Assembly (NCBI GenBank): GCA_964647565.1
Contig: CAZYIM010000007.1
Coordinates: 20,732 to 84,731 of the forward strand
Source: an uncultured Methanosarcinales archaeon
GTDB lineage: Archaea; Nanobdellota; Nanobdellia; Woesearchaeales; CAZYIM01
Direction of reading: 5' to 3'
Length of the DNA stretch: 64,000 bases
In this document: positions 62,629 to 64,000 of the stretch, one piece after another
How the letters are laid out: every line of letters starts with the position of its first letter
Position numbering within the stretch: position 1 is the first letter of the stretch
Position numbers and translations under genes: made by a program
The notes under the pieces: generated by a model
The model's input: only the letters and a program-made list of their open reading frames with translations
The model's database searches: none
Told to the model about the DNA's origin: nothing

Positions 62629-62875
62629 TGATATAAGTGTATATAACTATATAAAGCTTTTGGTTGGTCTTGAAAAAGATCAGATCCAGGCATAAATCCC
62701 TTGCAGAGCCGCGGCTTAAAAAAGCTTTAGGAGTTTTTCCCGGAGAGGTTGCGGGAAGACAGGAAAGAAAAAAGAACATACAAACATCCAAAAAGAAAAA
62801 ACATCGATAAGTTCAATCCAGAGTAGAAAAGTTTAAATTCCAGTTCTGATTATTTCTTACCTGCGTGGTTAACAA

Positions 62876-63247
62876 ATGACAAGAAAAGTATATGGCAGCA
62901 CGCCAAAAGGATTATTATCTGTTCTCATAAATATGCAGTATAGGAACATCTCTAAGTTACATATCAGGTTTGAGCATCCTGATCTTGAAATTGAATCAAG
63001 GCATTCAAAACCAGGAACAGAGTTGAGCCCTCTTGAATTTGAAACCCTAAGAGAGCTGCAGATAGGCCAAAACCTGGATTATCTTGCAAACTGTTCAGCA
63101 GGATCACCAGGAAGAGAAAAGGCTAAGTTAATCCAGGGGAGGTTAAGAACTCTCGGACTTGTAAAAAGAGATGATTCAGCATCAAGGCCCAACACCTACA
63201 CGATTTCAGACAGGGCCAAGAACGGGACGTATATCGCCTATATCTAG
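62876..63247 (+). CDS. Hypothetical protein, possible C-terminal winged helix (123 aa)
   Basis: LSPLEFETL...L.TLGLV.R......Y.IS..; TTTAAAT box upstream. Confidence 0.65.
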   Translation: MTRKVYGSTPKGLLSVLINMQYRNISKLHIRFEHPDLEIESRHSKPGTELSPLEFETLRELQIGQNLDYLANCSAGSPGREKAKLIQGRLRTLGLVKRDDSASRPNTYTISDRAKNGTYIAYI

Positions 63248-63327
63248 AAAAGTTAATACCCGCTCAATTTCTAAACAGACAAAAAGCATCTCAGATTAGT
63301 AACCACTCAATACGCGACAACATCAAG

Positions 63328-64000
63328 CTATCTCATGCTAAAGTCTATTGCCTTTGATGAAAGAGTCAGCGAGCTTCCAACAGAAATAAAATCAACACCA
63401 GTCTTGGCAATGCCTGCTACTGTCTTTAGATTGACGTTTCCTGAGCACTCTGTCTTTATTTTCTTTTTTGATTGCCTGATCAGCTTCAAGGCATTTCTCA
63501 AATCAGCCAGACTATGGTTATCAAGCATGACCACATCTACCTTGGCTCTGCTTTTAAGCAAAAGCTTTAGCTGGGCAGCATTCTCAACCTCAACCTCCAC
63601 CTTATACTCTGGTTTTTTGGTTTCCAGGATCTTGAGCATCTTCTCAAAACCGCCGGCAGCCTTGATGTGATTATCCTTGATCAGAATCATGTCATACAAT
63701 CCCTGGCGGTGGTTCTTCACACCGCCCATCTTGGTGGCATGTTTCTCCAGTTCCCTTAATCCAGGAATTGTTTTTCTTGTATCCAGGATCCTGGCTTTTG
63801 TGTGACTGACTTTCTGGGCAAAAAGACTGGCCTTGGTAGCTATGCCAGAAAGGTGCTGCAGGAAATTTAAGGCTGTTCTTTCGCAGGACAATACTGAAAT
63901 AGACTTGCCCTTTACCTCAGCAATCACATCGCCTTTCTTAAAACTCGATCCATCCTTTTTAAGAGCCTTGAACTTGACATTCTTGTCAAAAGATAGAAAA
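63328..64000 (-). CDS. nadC: Nicotinate-nucleotide pyrophosphorylase (quinolinate phosphoribosyltransferase), 5' end outside window
   Basis: ERTALNFLQHLSGIAT, DTRKT.PG, HR.GL.DMILIKDNH, EVEV, MLDN and SG.V; frame is open to the window edge. Confidence 0.96.
   Translation of the reverse strand, partial: FLSFDKNVKFKALKKDGSSFKKGDVIAEVKGKSISVLSCERTALNFLQHLSGIATKASLFAQKVSHTKARILDTRKTIPGLRELEKHATKMGGVKNHRQGLYDMILIKDNHIKAAGGFEKMLKILETKKPEYKVEVEVENAAQLKLLLKSRAKVDVVMLDNHSLADLRNALKLIRQSKKKIKTECSGNVNLKTVAGIAKTGVDFISVGSSLTLSSKAIDFSMR

Noticed and set aside
62588..62791. 67-aa minus-strand ORF
   Set aside because: It spans the TATA box and palindromic spacer, has no protein-like motif and no RBS.

Overview
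Archaeal DNA, most likely a DPANN/Woesearchaeota-like organism. This is an inference from BRE+TATA promoters, GGAGG/GAGGTG ribosome-binding sites, a PGF-pre-PGF domain, an AbrB-PhoU regulator and archaeal-type toxin-antitoxin (TA) genes. The left 26 kb is a minus-strand block of very large secreted, N-glycosylation-rich surface proteins: 1388 aa, 4698 aa, 421 aa, 249 aa and a >1556 aa ORF that runs off the window and is missing from the ORF track. Next come a coiled-coil protein, an S8 protease and a patchwork of accessory genes (VanZ, NUDIX, guanylate-kinase-like, PhoU, radical SAM, GTPase-like, UppP, DEAD-box helicase, Ldh_2). At 43-47.7 kb is a run of membrane proteins sharing a ~36-aa helical module, followed by a carbamoyltransferase/epimerase/GT-C surface-modification cluster, a B12 radical SAM operon, several TA modules and a partial nadC. 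I saw no CRISPR array, tRNA, rRNA, transposase, integrase or reverse transcriptase. The best leads are: (i) a dispersed intergenic fold-back element with conserved bulged termini and variable interiors (21698-21851, 50377-50473, possibly 56163-56244); (ii) one small cytoplasmic helical module present six times in five membrane proteins; (iii) the tightly coupled giant surface-protein operon with a macroglobulin-like/propeller/S-layer-like fusion. All family assignments come from motif recognition by eye, not from database searches.
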